64,000 nt of DNA from Lepidodermella squamata (taxonomy: Eukaryota > Animalia > Gastrotricha), in assembly GCA_047495785.1 (NCBI GenBank), contig JBLDXI010000033.1:2046001-2110000 (forward strand), read 5' to 3'. This document shows, one piece after another, positions 1-14,568 of this stretch; the first letter of the stretch is position 1; each line of letters opens with the position of its first letter. The notes beneath the pieces are model-generated. The model did not search any database, had not been told where the DNA came from, and saw only the letters and a program-made list of their open reading frames with translations. A program made the translations under genes and the position numbers.

Positions 1-3
1 TTG

Positions 4-1044
4 ATGGAAGGCGATATGCAATATGCCGCTGGCGAACAGTTAGATGGAAGTGAAGGTTTTGATCAAGATGCCCAGCTGAAGCTTGACAATTTCTGGACTG
101 AAGTAATGGATGATATCCGAAAAGCAGTAAGAGACAACGTCATTTGCATTGTCATCTTAGTTGTCATTTGTTTGCTAATACAGAAAGATTTCAAAGAAAT
201 GGAGCTGCCTATTGCTCGTATCAAAAGAATCATGAAACTGGATGAAGATGTGAAAGTAATGATTTGCAATCCAAGTTTGATGTAATTAACTTCATTCAAC
301 CCAGATGATAGCGGCTGAAACACCAGTGCTGTTCGCTAAAGCTGCGGAAATATTTATTAAAGACTTGACCCTTAGAGCATGGCTAATGACTGAGGAAAGC
401 AAGCGAAGAACGCTTCAAGTAATTTTGATGTCTCTTAATTCGATCTGTCATTTGATCTTTTTATTTCAATGACATCTTTTCAGCGGAATGACATTTCTTC
501 TGCTGCTGGAAAATGCGAAATGTTCGACTTCCTAATCGACGTACTCCCTCGAGAAGATGCCAAAACCGCCAGAAGAACTCAAGGCCACACGACACCAAAC
601 ACCGCTGCTAATGCGGGATATGTGCAACAGAGCATTCCACAGATGGATGGCAGCGCGACTGTCTCCATTCCTGCGAGTATGATTACAGCCTAGTCAAATC
701 TATATTAAGTTGAATTGCTCCTGTTTACAGCTATGGGAGGAGGGGATCAGATGCAGCAAATAGTGATCCAGCTGCCAGCATCTATTCTGTCCGCGCTCAG
801 TCCTCAAAAGCAATCTGGCGGTATCACGATAATGCAACAAATGCCTATGACAATGTCAGGAGGAATCTCCCAGCATCAGCAGTTAACTCTGACCGATGAT
901 TCAGGTGTCCTCACCGCGGACGGTACTCAGATTGTCGCCATTGGAGGCAGCGACAATGGTACTATCCAACTTTCTGCCGCTCAACTGCAGTCTTTATTAC
1001 AACCCGCAGCGCTCAAGCAATCGATGCATCCTCAGCAGCATTAA
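4..1044 (+). CDS. NFYC: Nuclear transcription factor Y subunit gamma (histone fold, Gln-rich tail); 5 exons, start may lie upstream of the window
   Basis: Spliced product [18 protein letters not shown]|[26 protein letters not shown]...KRRTLQ|RNDI...[14 protein letters not shown] introns at about 127-183, 256-304, 419-483, 677-730. Confidence 0.93.
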
Positions 1045-1284
1045 AATTTCTTTTCTAAACTAATTTCTTACTTTGCTTTCTTGCTTGTTCATATGTCATT
1101 CCCAGTGACGCTATCTAATCCAACTAAAGCTAATATTTCAGGTGAATCACCTTGATTTCGTGCGAATGTCGATCGGAAATCGCGATAGATGAAATTTTGA
1201 TATTCCACTTCGAGATTAATGTTGATTTCTTTCTCAGGTAGAACTTTTGTTATATTTTTATATGGAATCATAAAGCAAAGAAAT

Positions 1285-4200
1285 ATGGAGGAAGAGAAAA
1301 TGACCATCGAAGACAAGGTATAATTTGCCATTGACACGACGCCTATTTTGATCATTACTTTTTTTACTACCTAAGGTTCGATCCTTGTTGGAGATGGGCT
1401 TCGGCGACGAGTCAAACGTGAGGAGACAGCTTACCAGGGCAAAAAATGATTTGAGCGTAGCCGTTGCCTACTTGACCGACGATGATGGTAGTTGGGTAGC
1501 ACCGCCCCCTGTGCAGGCAAAATCTTCGCAATCTACTGACACTTCTTTAGCGCCCTATACAGGAGAAAGTGAGTGGCCGTTATTGTTGCTTCTATGCTTT
1601 AATCTCATTTGATCATCGTAGATGTGACTGAGTTTCCTGAAACTCACCTTTATGATTTGATTGATCGAGCAAGCGGCCAGAGCACTTGGAACATTCCTTA
1701 TCAGAGACACGAATCGCTCGGTGTCATGTTAAATGCTACCACGCAGTTTCTTGATCGAGGTCAGCTCGATGGTATCCCATCGATGGAGCAATTTTTGTTG
1801 TCTGTGCTTCCTGATTGTATCGATAAGCTGACAATGTCTTCTGCGGTTTCCGGATGGAAGGAAGATGTCGTCACCGGTGTTTTCGATATGCTTTCATTGA
1901 CCGTGGAGCTTATCGCTAGTTATGCTGCTCATCGCGTTCTGCCATCAGAGCTTTCTCAATCTTTGACGAACATTTTCGACAAAAACAACAAGTTTTTCAG
2001 CAATACCAACGTTCGCCACCAGAAAGTCAACAAACAGTTCGTCCAGCAGAATATGAACAACAATTGGGTAACTCCAGCGCCTGCTAGCCCCTTCAGCTTG
2101 AATTTGAGTGGCTCTACATCACGTGAAGTCTCTGGTTGGCTAATCGATTTGATCAATCATTTTGCAGCCAAAAAGGGCTTTGATTCTTTGGCCTCGTATA
2201 TTTCACCGGAGACCGACTACATTGGCTTGGCCAACTGCCTGGCTCCGATTTCAATTGTTTCCGACGTGTTGACTCCTCGTTTCTTGAGCGATTTGCTGTC
2301 AAAGCGAATGATGGCGACATTTCAACAGATTTTCACTTGCGACGATGCCGTTTTGAAATCAATTTATATCACCCACGTCTTCGAAATTTTGCGCCATTTA
2401 CAGCGCTTCTACCTTGCTGTTGACGCTCCACAAGCAGAGCAAGTCGAAAACTGTTACTTTGATTTGCTTCTACGCATGGTGCAGCTGCAAAATTTTGGCA
2501 CGCGGATGAACGCTTTGAAACAAGTTCACAACCTCTTCGAGGCGGCGACAAAGCAAAACTGTGGGAAACCCATGTTTTCGAAAGATGCGCTGATCAACTG
2601 GCTAAACAAGTCAAACTTCTTGAACCACGCGCTATCCAGTAATTTGGACCATGCGCAATATGTCGAAAAGTTGGGGAAAGTGCTGGAAAATATGGGTACC
2701 GCTATGAGCAAGGCTCATTTGAAAACCGTTTGTGACCGTTTGCGGTCAGCTACGAATGACCAGGCAACGGAGAATATCGCAAATTTGTTGACGCAAATAA
2801 TTCCGAGAAGTGGTACTGAAAAGTTGCGCGAATTTCTGAAATTTTTGCAAGAGTCATGGTCGACAAGTGACGAATGGAGCCGGGCTAAAATTTTGCGATT
2901 GTTCGACAAAGTTGCATCAAGCACTCGCTACTCCTTGCCCGATTTCTATCAAACTATCGTCGACAGTGTTTGGACCCTGGCGATGGCAGAAGCGGCAGCT
3001 AAAGCACCGAGCGAGCTGGTAGCCCAAATAATGGAAACACACTTGCAGATGATCCGAGAGCCGGGACATAACAGCCGCTTAATTATCTGGCGGCTGTATG
3101 CATTTCGCTGTCTCACCAACATGCAGCAGGGCCCGTTGGTTTTCTTGTCAGCCCGTCACTTGCTTTCGATCGCTAAACCGACGAGTGCGTCTTATTATCC
3201 CAAAGAAATCAAAACGATTTTGAAGGAACTGGAGGAAAAGGGAGCCATCGACCTCATTCTCAGCATCATCGAAGGTTCGGTTGGCCAGGGAGCTGAAAAA
3301 CTGACCGCTACCGGAGCGCCGGATGAGTCACAACTGGTGAGCGTAATGCTGGATTTACTACGGCAAATCACGACGAATTCAGAGACCTACATCGTTCTCG
3401 AAAACCTCGGAACGCTCTGGACGACTTTGGTCGATCGCGAATCTGTTTCACCGGCGGCGAGGAATCATGTTTTCAAGTGGCTGCGTGAATCGATCAAAGA
3501 CAGTAAAGCGGAGACGAGGCGTAGTTTCTTTTCCACGTTCATGATGCGTTCGATTTCTCGCCTGTGCATGGTGCCTCACGATGAGATGATTGAGTGTTTC
3601 CGCGAATATTTCATTCATTGCAACGTGGCTGAGTCAAATGTCATCGAAAATTTGGACAAGTCGTACTACGTTCAACGACCTGGTCTGTTAGTTGGCATGG
3701 ACTGTGCTTGGTTCGGCGCTTTGACAACTCGAGACGATTCGATGGCTTCAAAATGGGCCAACTTTCTCGTTGATTTCTTGGTCAACAAGCTGCAGCCTCA
3801 ACTGTTACATGAAGCGAACATTGGAGCGATTCGTTTAACTGTTGTTAGAAAATGCCTGTCGCTTCTTCTTGACTGGTTGCCTGATTCGGCTATGTCACCT
3901 ATCGTTCGCCGAAATCTGATACTCTCCGAAAAATCGATGACAGAAACAATAGCAGAACTTGCCCCGAACGCAACTTGGCTGACCCAGGGGCAACTCTGCC
4001 CAGGTCAAACAACTCAAGTCGAAGGCATGTCATTTCGAACGCAGTCAGACGAAGTCGCTCAATTGCAACTTCGGCGGAGTCTTGAATTTCTGGCCTATTT
4101 TGTTTCAACCGTTGATAGCCGATTTCCCAATGTCCGTCTTTACCCATCTCATCAGATCAGCTTTGTCGGCGCGCCTGTCACGATTCACTGCATGCCAGGT

Positions 4201-7200
4201 TCCGAGGACACGAATCAAAGCGCCTTTGACATTCACACGCATTCCAACGAATTGTTTGGAGTTGTCCGTTCATTGATCGCTTCTCAGCTAGAAACGACGA
4301 CGGCCAGTGTTGATATTCGCTATTCGGAATCTGGCCGTGTCATATTGCCCGAAAAAGACACTTACCTCCTCGGCTCGTTAGGTCTCGGTACTTCCAATGT
4401 GATATTGCGCGTGAAGAAGTGCTTTGGCACCCCGTTCTCTCGATACCCGTCTCTCTCTTCAACCAGCTTGTCGTCGATGGCTGTCAACACACCATCGCCA
4501 GATGAGAAACTCCTCGTTGGAGTCGCTTTATCGAAAGTCAACAATTTCTATCAACTGTTATACACACTCCTAACGGAACCAGATCGCCGCCTTGCCTCGA
4601 CTGCTATGCGATTGTTGCAGCTGTTACCCACAGATCCAACTGTTTCTGCAATTTTGACTAATCTACCGGCTAATAGTTTCACCTCGCCGATTACCGGGAA
4701 CACACCGACGAATTCATTATCGTCTCTATCTATTGGCGCCGCAAGTCCATCCAAGCATTCGACAGCTAGCTTTTTCTCAGAGGCGTCTCTCGAGTCGCTG
4801 CTGAGCGCCGAGTCTCAACCCCCATTGCTGTTACTGTACAACTTGCAGGCTCTTTCAGCGAATCTAATGCCGGTCAGTAGCGCAATGGCTCCGATCGCAA
4901 CTACTGAAGGTGCATCTTCAGCGCCTTACAATGTTGTAAACCCGTCTGAAAGCCAAACCAAATTTTGCTCGCTTTTCATTCATTTCGATGGCCTGCAACG
5001 TCTGGCGGAATTGCTTTATCATCACAAGTTGGTCGAAAGCGAGGATGTGATGGCGAAACAAGAATCTTTCCGTCTTGTGCTACGTTTGATGAAACATCTT
5101 CTGTTATATGCGACCGCTGTGGATGAGCAACAAGTAGCCAATGATCATCAGATGGACGTCTCAGCTTCTAGCCCGCCTATTTCTCTATCTCTGTCAAAAG
5201 CGAAGCCCGGATCGAGTTTGATTGCTTCGTCACCACGAACGCGCGCTCCGTTACAATCAATGATAAGAGCATCATCTGGACTCGAAGCAGTCCAAAACCA
5301 CCAGATGCTGGAGTCACTAATCCGGTTGTGTTGGGCGACGACCTCTGGCAAGCTACACTCGTCGTCTTCCACAGGCGGTCCATCAGGCAATATCCTGTTC
5401 ACAATTCCTTCTCATTCAACTTCCACCAGCTCAGGCAGCGATCATTCATCGGCCAACACACCAGCCCCGAGTGGAAATACGGCTTCTACACCAAGGCGAT
5501 TCACCCTATCAAATGAGGAGCAGTCTCTTACAACTACCGAGGTGGAGCTGGCGAAAGAGAGCCTCGAGCTGTGTATGCTACTCCTTCGAACACGACCGGC
5601 TCTCTACAACTGGTTCTGTGCCTGGGCCCATGCGAGCGAGTTTCTTACAACTATCCTTGTATCTTGCCCTTCCGCCACTATTAGGCAACTAAGTCGACGG
5701 GAATTACTTCATTTCGCCTCGAATACGCCCAATTCGTTTGAATACAAACCCGGCCAACACCCGTTGGTATTTTTTATCGACAAGCTTTTGAAGGCCAGAA
5801 CACCTTTCTGGTCGTCAAGCTCGATTCGTCGTGGCCCTTCTCAACGGCTAGTCAGTCAATGCGCTGATTATTTTGATCTCCTGGCTGATTTGATTCGTCA
5901 TCTGGCATTGAAATCGCATCTATTGGACGCGAATGCGCCGTCGACTTTCGATCCGATGGCTCAGTTGAAGTATGAAATCGAATGGCTGGATTCGTTCAGC
6001 ACATGCAGTGACGATCCTTTCATGCGACTGCAACGACTGGACGATCTACTTCTAGCTGGCCATCTTGGCCTAATGTCATCTTGGCTGTCTTTCCTTACGA
6101 ATTCAGAGCAAGCAGCTGCTATCGGCCGCGAACTGATCCCTCGAGCTTTCGATTCTTGTTTACTCCTATCAAAGCGGTTTTTCGCGTCATTTAAACCGCA
6201 AGATAAGTCGATCATTGGCATAGGTAACCAAGTAAACGATGTTGTTACGGCGAAATGCGCCGGACATCGCGCTCGCCAGGCGACTTTGGACCTGGTAGTA
6301 GCCTTGGCCCAAGCCAACACATCCAACGTGAAAGCGATTGCTGAGCGGCTATCAGAGTCTTATACACTACTCCCTCTCGAAACTGTGGTCGAACACTTCC
6401 GACAACCAGTCATTCCCCCTAAAAGTTCTCCAGGCGGTTTCGTTGGATTGAAAAATGCTGGCGCGACGTGTTACATGAATGCCGTCATTCAGCAGCTATT
6501 CATGATTCCGAAGCTTAGCGAGGCCTTAATGTCTGTTAGTGTGCCTTCTTCCGGCGGAGCTGATAATCGATCTCTCCAACTCGTTTTCGAAATGCAGAAG
6601 ATATTTGCCTATTTATCGAAGAGGTATGCGTATTATTGATTTTCGTAAAGTACATTTCAATAATTTTTTCCATTTCAGCTCTCAACAATTCTACGTACCT
6701 GAAGGATTTTGGCGCAACTTCGGTTTCAACAGCGGCTCCGGTGTGAATGTCCGTGAACACCAAGACGCTTTCGATTTTTTCACAACCCTTGTCGACACCA
6801 TTGATGAAGCCTTGAAAAAAGCTGGTCAACAACCTGTCCTTGCACCGTTTTTCCGTGGCCTATTCGTAGACGAAAAGATCTGCGAAGGCTGTCCCCATCG
6901 CTTCCGAACTGACTGTCCGTTCTTCAGTTTATCGTTACCTGTCGCTTCAGGGAGTCTCGAGTCATCCCTGCAGCAATATGTCAAAAGCGAACGGCTTGAA
7001 GGTGAAAATTCGTATCTTTGTGAGAAATGTCAAACGAAGAGGTCGGCTGTAAAGCGGCTCGCATTGAAGCAACTTCCACCCGTGCTTTGCTTTCAACTGA
7101 AGCGCTTCTACTACGATTGGGATCGTGGTGTTCCCCAGAAATTCGACACTCATTTCACGTTTCCTTGGACTTTGGACATCGAACCATTCACCGAAGAAGG

Positions 7201-9682
7201 TATTAGTCGGCAAGATTCGAGTGGTGGAAACTCGACGTCAAGCCATTCAACTCTTGCGCCGATGGATGTCAGCACGAAGGTAGATTGTGATGCCTCTTCT
7301 TCGTCGACCGAGTCTGGGACTTCTACCACGTACCAACTTGTCGGCATCGTTGTCCACTCTGGTCAATCAAACGCCGGTCATTACTACTCGCTGATCCGAG
7401 ATCGTCGGCAGGATGGTGTATTGAATCCAAACCACGGCCGTTGGTTCAATTTCAACGACACTGAGGTGAAGGAGTTCCCGCTGGACGACACGAACATCGA
7501 GCACGAGTGTTTTGGCGGCACTTACCAGGCAGCTGAGGGCCAGTCCACTGTGAATTATTCCGGCGAGCGTATCAGATCGTGGTCGGCTTACTTGCTGTTC
7601 TACGAGCACGTTGAAGCCCCGTCGGCGATGGCTCGCTACGCAAAGCGAACTCGAATGTCTGAAAGTGCCAATTACCACCACTTCCCAGTTGCAACCATGC
7701 AAGGCAGTTTAGAACCGTCGATGTCCTGCAGAGTTGCCGCCCAACGTCTTGATAGCTTGGCTGAGCTCAGTTTGTTGTTGCAGCAAGGTGAAAGGCACGG
7801 TTTGTTCGGCGGGTCGATACCCGGCCAGTTATTGCAGCAAATCACTGAATCGAACGCGTTATCCTCGTGGTTTCTGCATCTGCACGATGAAGCCTTCGCT
7901 GAGTTCATTCAGCATTTCACGCAGGCCACTCTCAGTCATGTAAGATGTGGCGAATTGGAGGGCGTTGAGTCTACGACGCAAATGCTGACGACATTCTTGT
8001 TCTCCATTCTTCTACCGGCTTTCCCGTCAGCTGTAACCGAGCGTCGGTTGAGCGACTTTGTGAGAATATACGAAAACTTCGTTCTTGAATCCAAAGCAAC
8101 AGCCGTTGCCGGTATTTCTTGGCTCGGCAGTCAAAATGCTCTGGTTTTAACGAAAATGTATCTTCTTGACAACTTGGAAGATGCAGTGCGGAGAACTTTC
8201 CGCGAAATTATCGCTGTCTCCGTCAGAGCGTATTTCAGCCACTTCTCAGCATTGCCAAAGGAATTAAAGTTCTATTTCACGCAACTGCTCCGCTTTTTGC
8301 CGGACTCAGCTCAGCAGCAGGCCTTAGTCGGCTCACCAACATCTGCTAATGCCCAGTTTGCGATATCGATGGCCGAGAATTATTTCCGCCTGCTGTACAT
8401 TTATTTCACGGAAAGCCCGAACGCGTTGACCCATGCGCTGACTGAGATGGATGCGTTAAACCGGCTGCTTTGCTATTTATTCGCGCTGACTGGCACCGCG
8501 CAGCAATCGAGCGATCAAATGAATGGCATCGAAGGTGATTGCGGTATCGTTGCACTGTGGCAAGAATCGTCGCCGCCTATCAATCCGGCCTCGACGACCA
8601 TCTACCGGCAAAACAGTGCACCTTGTGACTATCTGCACCGCTGTTTAGCGGCGCTGATTTGCGGCTGTGATCTATCGTCGACGAAAACAGAATACTCGTG
8701 GAACTCGCCGATCGATCACATTTCAGAACTGCAGTCGCCTCATGGTCTCACCTCGCTGCCTTTGAATGACTTCAAGCCAATGCCCTTACCCCCTTCAGTA
8801 AGACCCCTGTTGCCGCTCTACATTTCCGAGGTCGTCGCTTTCGCTGGTGAAATAGACAGTGGTGTCATGCCGCTTCAAATCATCGAAGGCGCATTGGTGC
8901 ATTTGTGCACCGGAGCCACTCATCTTTCCAACATCGCCTTACAGTGTCTGTTAACTGCGACGGCGAAGGCGCCTACTTCGCATTTGAAACCAATAGTTAC
9001 GTTGTTGCAAGGCTTATTACGTTGTGGTGATTCTTTGCACAGCAAGCGAGTCCAAAGCGCCTTGGACGGATTTCCCGGCACCCCGAGCATCCCTGGCCTG
9101 CTCGATTTGATCAACGAATTCAGAGCAATTGAAGGTCAACGTGCCTACAGGGCGATGAAAATAATCTGCGAGGTGTCTTATCTGTCTGACGTTGCCAAGC
9201 AGTTGGTTGCAGAGCGCGAATCGTGCTGGCTAGGCGCGGTCGAGTGGTTGGGCGACGTTATTTCTGGAACTGGAACTGCGACCGGCTCTGGTAATACATC
9301 AACGCCAATTTCACCCCAAACACACACGGCGCGAATTTCTACGGAAGCGTAATTTTTGAAAACTTCATTGTTTCTTTTATTTATTCAATCTGTTTTCAGT
9401 GTTGCTGGCTCGTCGCCTGTTACGAAATCATTCTTGAGGACGGAGTCAGCTTGTTCGACGCTGAAGATCGCACGAGATCTGTTGCGACCTGCAAGTAGCG
9501 ACACGAGTTCAACTGTTACTCAGCTGATCGACTCGCCTCCGGAGCAAGACTCGCCACCTGATAATCAAACAATAGTCGAGGAGGCAAGTCCTATCGATTG
9601 CTCGCCGCCAATCGCTCCGCAAGGATCTCCTCTTCCGGCTCGAGTAGTGACGAAGAATCCACCAAGTGGTCAGATCAAATAG
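1285..9682 (+). CDS. USP24: Large ubiquitin-specific protease with N-terminal UBA domain, USP24-like (USP9/24/34 group); 5 exons
   Basis: UBA-like LLEMGF...AVAYL; Cys box GLKNAGATCYMNAVIQQLF; QDAFDFF; His box HSGQSNAGHYYSLIR..WFNFND. ORFs 1385-1612, 1609-6639, 6539-9352 and 9356-9682 join in frame across GT-AG introns. Confidence 0.85.
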
Positions 9683-10778
9683 TTATTTCGAAGAATTGAA
9701 AACTTATTATAACTCTTTTAGCGGCAAATATTCTAGAAGGATAATACTTATTGACTACGGCACACGTTATTATTAGCCTCATCGTTGATGATTATTGATT
9801 AACACGTTATACAATATAGAGAACACAGTTATTTTTCTGATTTTAATTGTTTTTCGTCAGCGATAAGTTATCGCGACAATTACTGCTCATTTGATTATTG
9901 GGAGTTTTCAAAGTTTGGAGGTGTTCCTTGTTTGCTGCAGAATCCCGGTTACTTTTTCTTCATCAACAAGCCCCGAGTTTGCGTACAGTGTTTTGATGTG
10001 TTTATGCCTTACTTTTGCTACTGCTGAATTTGATGATGTTGATGATGTTCGAAAACATGTTGTAAGCCACTCTCTGTATGGGGAAAATTTACACTCGTTT
10101 GAACCTGACAATAACCTGACAATAGAAGTATTCTATGATACCGTCCTTTCTGGTTTTAAATTTTGTTTGTTTTCTCTTCGATCGGGCTTCGAGATCGTTG
10201 TCTAAGCGAATGTTATCCTTCAATTGTCTCTATTTCATAACGGTATGAAAAATAGTGTATATGAGGATTCTAAGCTGACCCTGTATTCTGCCTCAATTTC
10301 TAAAGTTAAATGTCTATTCATTGTCATTAACAACAATGTATCACTATTTTTACTATGTGATTATGCTATTTTAGGGCTGTACAAAATACGTTTAATATTC
10401 CATCAGAGAAAATCTTCAATTTTTTCAGTTTGGTATAACTTGATTCTGAGCGCCATCGAAAACAAACTCGTCGCGTTTCTGTTCAAAATGAGATGAATGC
10501 TAATAATGTCGCGCCCTTGAAGTGGCGTATACCTAAAATATTTCTCCATCTTTTAAAAGGTGAAATATATTCATATATTTACGTATAATTACATACGTAT
10601 ATTATCTTCTTCTCGTTGCAATAGTTGTTAATGTTTCAGCATATGACAGCGTTGCATCGCTATTTGACTTATATTTAAAAACAAACAATATGGACACAAA
10701 TTAAAAACCTGTGTTTTTATAACTTGATTTTTTTGTTTTTTTTAGGTCTTAATTTTATATCTAGTTGACTGTCTCGAA

Positions 10779-13700
10779 ATGATTCGCTGGTTAGGGGCGA
10801 TTGCTCTCCTCATTAGCATAGCCCAAGCCGTTGACCGCGGCAATTTTAAAACATGCCAAGACTCGGGATTCTGCCGGTGAGAATAAGTTAATCATTTGTC
10901 ATTATTTCGCTAATTTCTTCCGTTTTTCAGCCTGCATCGTGCCTTGCCAACTGGGAACTCACAATATGTTGTTGACCCGTCCTCGTTTGCTATCAATAAC
11001 ACTCTAGCTCGTTTTGATGTCGCCAATACTCAGCTGAAAGACGTCTATTTCACTGTTTACATTTTCTCTTACGCGAATAACATTTTACGTGTTCGTATGG
11101 AAGAACGAAACCCGATTCGCGGCCGATTCGACATTCCACTTGGCGATGTCATCGTCACCGAGCCATCGGCTATAAAACTTCAAGTCCACTCGAAAAACGA
11201 TGCTGGCCTGGTCTTGCTTGCTGGTGGAGATCGCCGCCTCGCTATTCATTACAAGCCGTTTTCGATCAACGTTTTCGGCGGCAAGGATGAAGCTAAGCCG
11301 TTCATGCGCTTCAACGCCGAAGGTCTGTTGAAGTACGAGCATTTCCGCACTCGTGGCAGCTCGAGTGGAAGCGCCGGCGAATCAAAGTAAGTTGCATTTT
11401 CTTTTCCAGCTCTCCTGCCCCGCACGCTTTTAGAATAGTTGCATAGTTGCACGCCCCCTAATTTTTAACATCACACCAAATCCGAACAAATGCTAATAAG
11501 TGGTGGCGGTGCACCGCTCTCCTTAATGCTCTTAGGGGCGTACTTGATCGAGTAAGTTCCTGGTTTTCGTCTAGCGACAGTTCGGGTGACCAAGCCGAGG
11601 AAGCCACCCAGGCGCCTGCTGATCAAACAACTCCACCTGCTGAGGTTTGACTCGCTATAAATGAAGAAATCAGAAGTTTGAGCTATATTTGACTTGCAGG
11701 TTAACACCAAGAATGAAGAAGGCGAAATTTGGGAAGAAAACTTCAAGACTCACGAAGACAAGAAGCAGTATGGCCCATCGAGCGTCGGTGCCGATATTAC
11801 CTTCGTTGGTTTCGATAACTTGTACGGCCTGCCCGAACATGCCGATAATTTCCGACTAAAAGCGACCACGTAAATTGAGGCTATTTTCATTATCATTTGA
11901 CCGAATTGTTTCAATAGGGGCTCGACTGATCCTTATCGCCTGTACAACCTGGATGTTTTCGAATACGAATTGGACAATCCGATGGCTTTGTACGGCGCTA
12001 TTCCGCTGGTTTTCGCCCATTCTGCTGAAAAGTCTGTTGGTTTCCTGTGGCTCAATCCGTCCGAGACCTGGATCGACGTCGAGTACAAATCCGGCTCAAA
12101 CGCGCTCACCCACTTCATGTCTGAAACCGGTTTCATTGACATGTATATTTTCACTGGCCCGAGACCACGCGACGTCTTCGCTCAATACGCTTCTTTGGTC
12201 GGCACTGTTGCCCTCCCACCGCTTTTCAGCCTTGCTTACCACCAGTCTCGCTGGAATTACAACGACCAAGCTGACGTTGCTAGTCTGAACGACAACTTTG
12301 ATCAATATTTCATTCCTAACGACGTCATCTGGCTTGATATTGAACACACTGATGGCAAGCGTTACTTCACCTGGGACACCGCTCGATTCCCGAATTCGGT
12401 CGATATGCTCAATAATTTGACTGCTCGTGGCCGCCGTCTCGTCAATATCGTCGATCCGCATATGAAACGTGATGATAACTACGGCAAATATTCCGAATTG
12501 CGCTCGAAAGGCTACTTCATCAAGGACAAAAATGGAAACGATTATGACGGCTGGTGCTGGCCTGGTTCCTCGTCTTGGCCGGACTTCTCGAATCCGGATG
12601 TTCGTCTGTGGTGGGCTGAGCAGTTTTTGTTCGAGAACTACCCGGGCACGACCGACGGTCTCTACATCTGGAACGACATGAACGAACCGTCTGTTTTCAG
12701 CGGCCCTGAAGTAACTATGCACAAAGATGCGCTGCACTTGGGCGGATGGGAGCATCGAGAACTGCACAACATGTACGGCCATTACCAAGTCATGGCTACT
12801 TTCAGCGGTCTCCTCAAACGATCGCACCACCAAAAACGCCCGTTCATTTTGACCCGTTCGTTCTTCGTTGGTTCACAACGCTATGCCGCGGTTTGGACTG
12901 GTGATAATATGGCGGAATGGAGCCATCTGCGAATCACCACTCCCATGCTTCTGTCTCTGTCGATCGGCGGAATCGCGTTCTGTGGCGCTGATGTCGGTGG
13001 CTTCTTCAAAAATCCGGACGTTGAACTGCTGGTGCGTTGGTACCAGGCCGGCGCTTTCCACCCGTTTTTCCGGGAGCACTCGCATATCGACACCCGCCGC
13101 CGCGAACCCTGGGTTTACGATGCTGATTCGATGTCTCGCATGCGCAGCGCTGTTCAACTTCGTTATTCATACCTGCCACTCTGGTACACCCTGTTTTTCG
13201 AACTCGAGCACTCTGGTGTCCCTCCAATGCGCCCGGCCTGGCTCGAATTCCCCACTGACGCTGAAACTTTCGCCATCGAAGACTCGTTCATGGTTGGCGA
13301 TTCGCTCTTCGTCCACCCGATCTACCAACCTGGTCAAACCTCGGCTACTTTCTACCTTCCTGGCGATTTGTGGTACCGTGCTGACGAATGGTCGACCGTT
13401 GAAGGTGGTCGCCAAATCACTGAGGCCGTCACTATTAACAGCATTCCGGTGTTCCAACGCGGCGGCTCGATCATTTCTCGCTGGCTGCGGCCTCGTCGCT
13501 CTTCGCAGGCTCAACACCGCGATCCGTTGACCTTGATTGCCTGCCTTGACGCGGCGGGTCGTGCCGAGGGTCGTGTCTACGTTGATGAGTTCGACGGTTA
13601 CCAGTACAAGCGCGGGCTGTTCACATACCGCGATTTCGAGTTCCAGAACAACACCTTCACCAGCCGACCTGAGGCGATTTCGACGGCGCCCATCTCTAGC

Positions 13701-13928
13701 CACTTCACCACCCCGGTTTGGATCGAAAGAATCGTCCTGGTCGGACTGCGCACCGACAAAGCCCCGGTTCACGTCACGATTCAAACGAGCAACTCGGAAA
13801 AACACAATCTCGACTTCGGCTGGGACCCGCAATATCGCCTGTTGGTCATCCGGCGCCCAGGCGTCTCGGTCGCTGCCAATTTTGATATCAACCTGAGCTA
13901 CACTCAGGTCAACCCGACTAACGTCTGA
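10779..13928 (+). CDS. GANAB: ER glucosidase II alpha subunit (GH31)
   Basis: Signal peptide followed by [17 protein letters not shown]; [20 protein letters not shown]; catalytic [10 protein letters not shown] and WTGDN motifs. Confidence 0.95.
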
Positions 13929-14568
13929 AATTCGTCGTAGCTTTTACTCTAAAATATTTTAAACGAAAAACAAAGTTGTGTTACACAGGTTTTGACTCTC
14001 GGTATGTGAGAATGATGCCTTGAAAAAATCGGTTTTTTTGAAGAATCTGCTGCGTAATTTAAAAATCCTAAGCAAACTTAGCAGCATAGCTATTACTCTT
14101 ATTATATATCCCGTATCAATTATTATATTGGCTAATTTAGTTGGACTTCTCTTGTTTGTGAGTGCTATTTCTTTTATTCGCGCCGATGTTTCATCAACTG
14201 CTTGTACGAATTCAACAATCGTCGTTCATCCGTACTGAAAAACTGTATAACCAAACTAGGCTCTACTGACTGTCTTTCTGTTTATGTGCATTAAACGCTT
14301 ACAAGGTGAGGTAAAAAACGCACATTGAACGAATTGGATGTTCGCTCGCTTGCCTCTATAGCAAAGATGCGCCAGTTGTGGTCTATAATTATCATCATCA
14401 TTGTCAAAATGTGTGATATCTTCAACTACGGTTTTGATCTTCGATTGATGCTCTTCGCGTGAAATTGTTCTGTCACGTTCTGTTTTCGAAACAGCCTAGT
14501 AAAAAGTTGGTTTCTCTAATTTTCCTATTTTTTGTTTTCCTTTAGGTTTTTAACCCTAATAAAGTGTC

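Noticed and set aside
6536-6680. Overlapping USP ORFs resembling a programmed frameshift
   Set aside because: Resolved by a canonical GTATGC...TTCAG intron.
10030-10120. TGATGA...CTGA, possible C/D snoRNA
   Set aside because: No convincing terminal stem and no rRNA guide I could recognise.
12096-13832. Long antisense and alternate-frame ORFs within GANAB
   Set aside because: Expected by-product of biased codon usage in the real gene.
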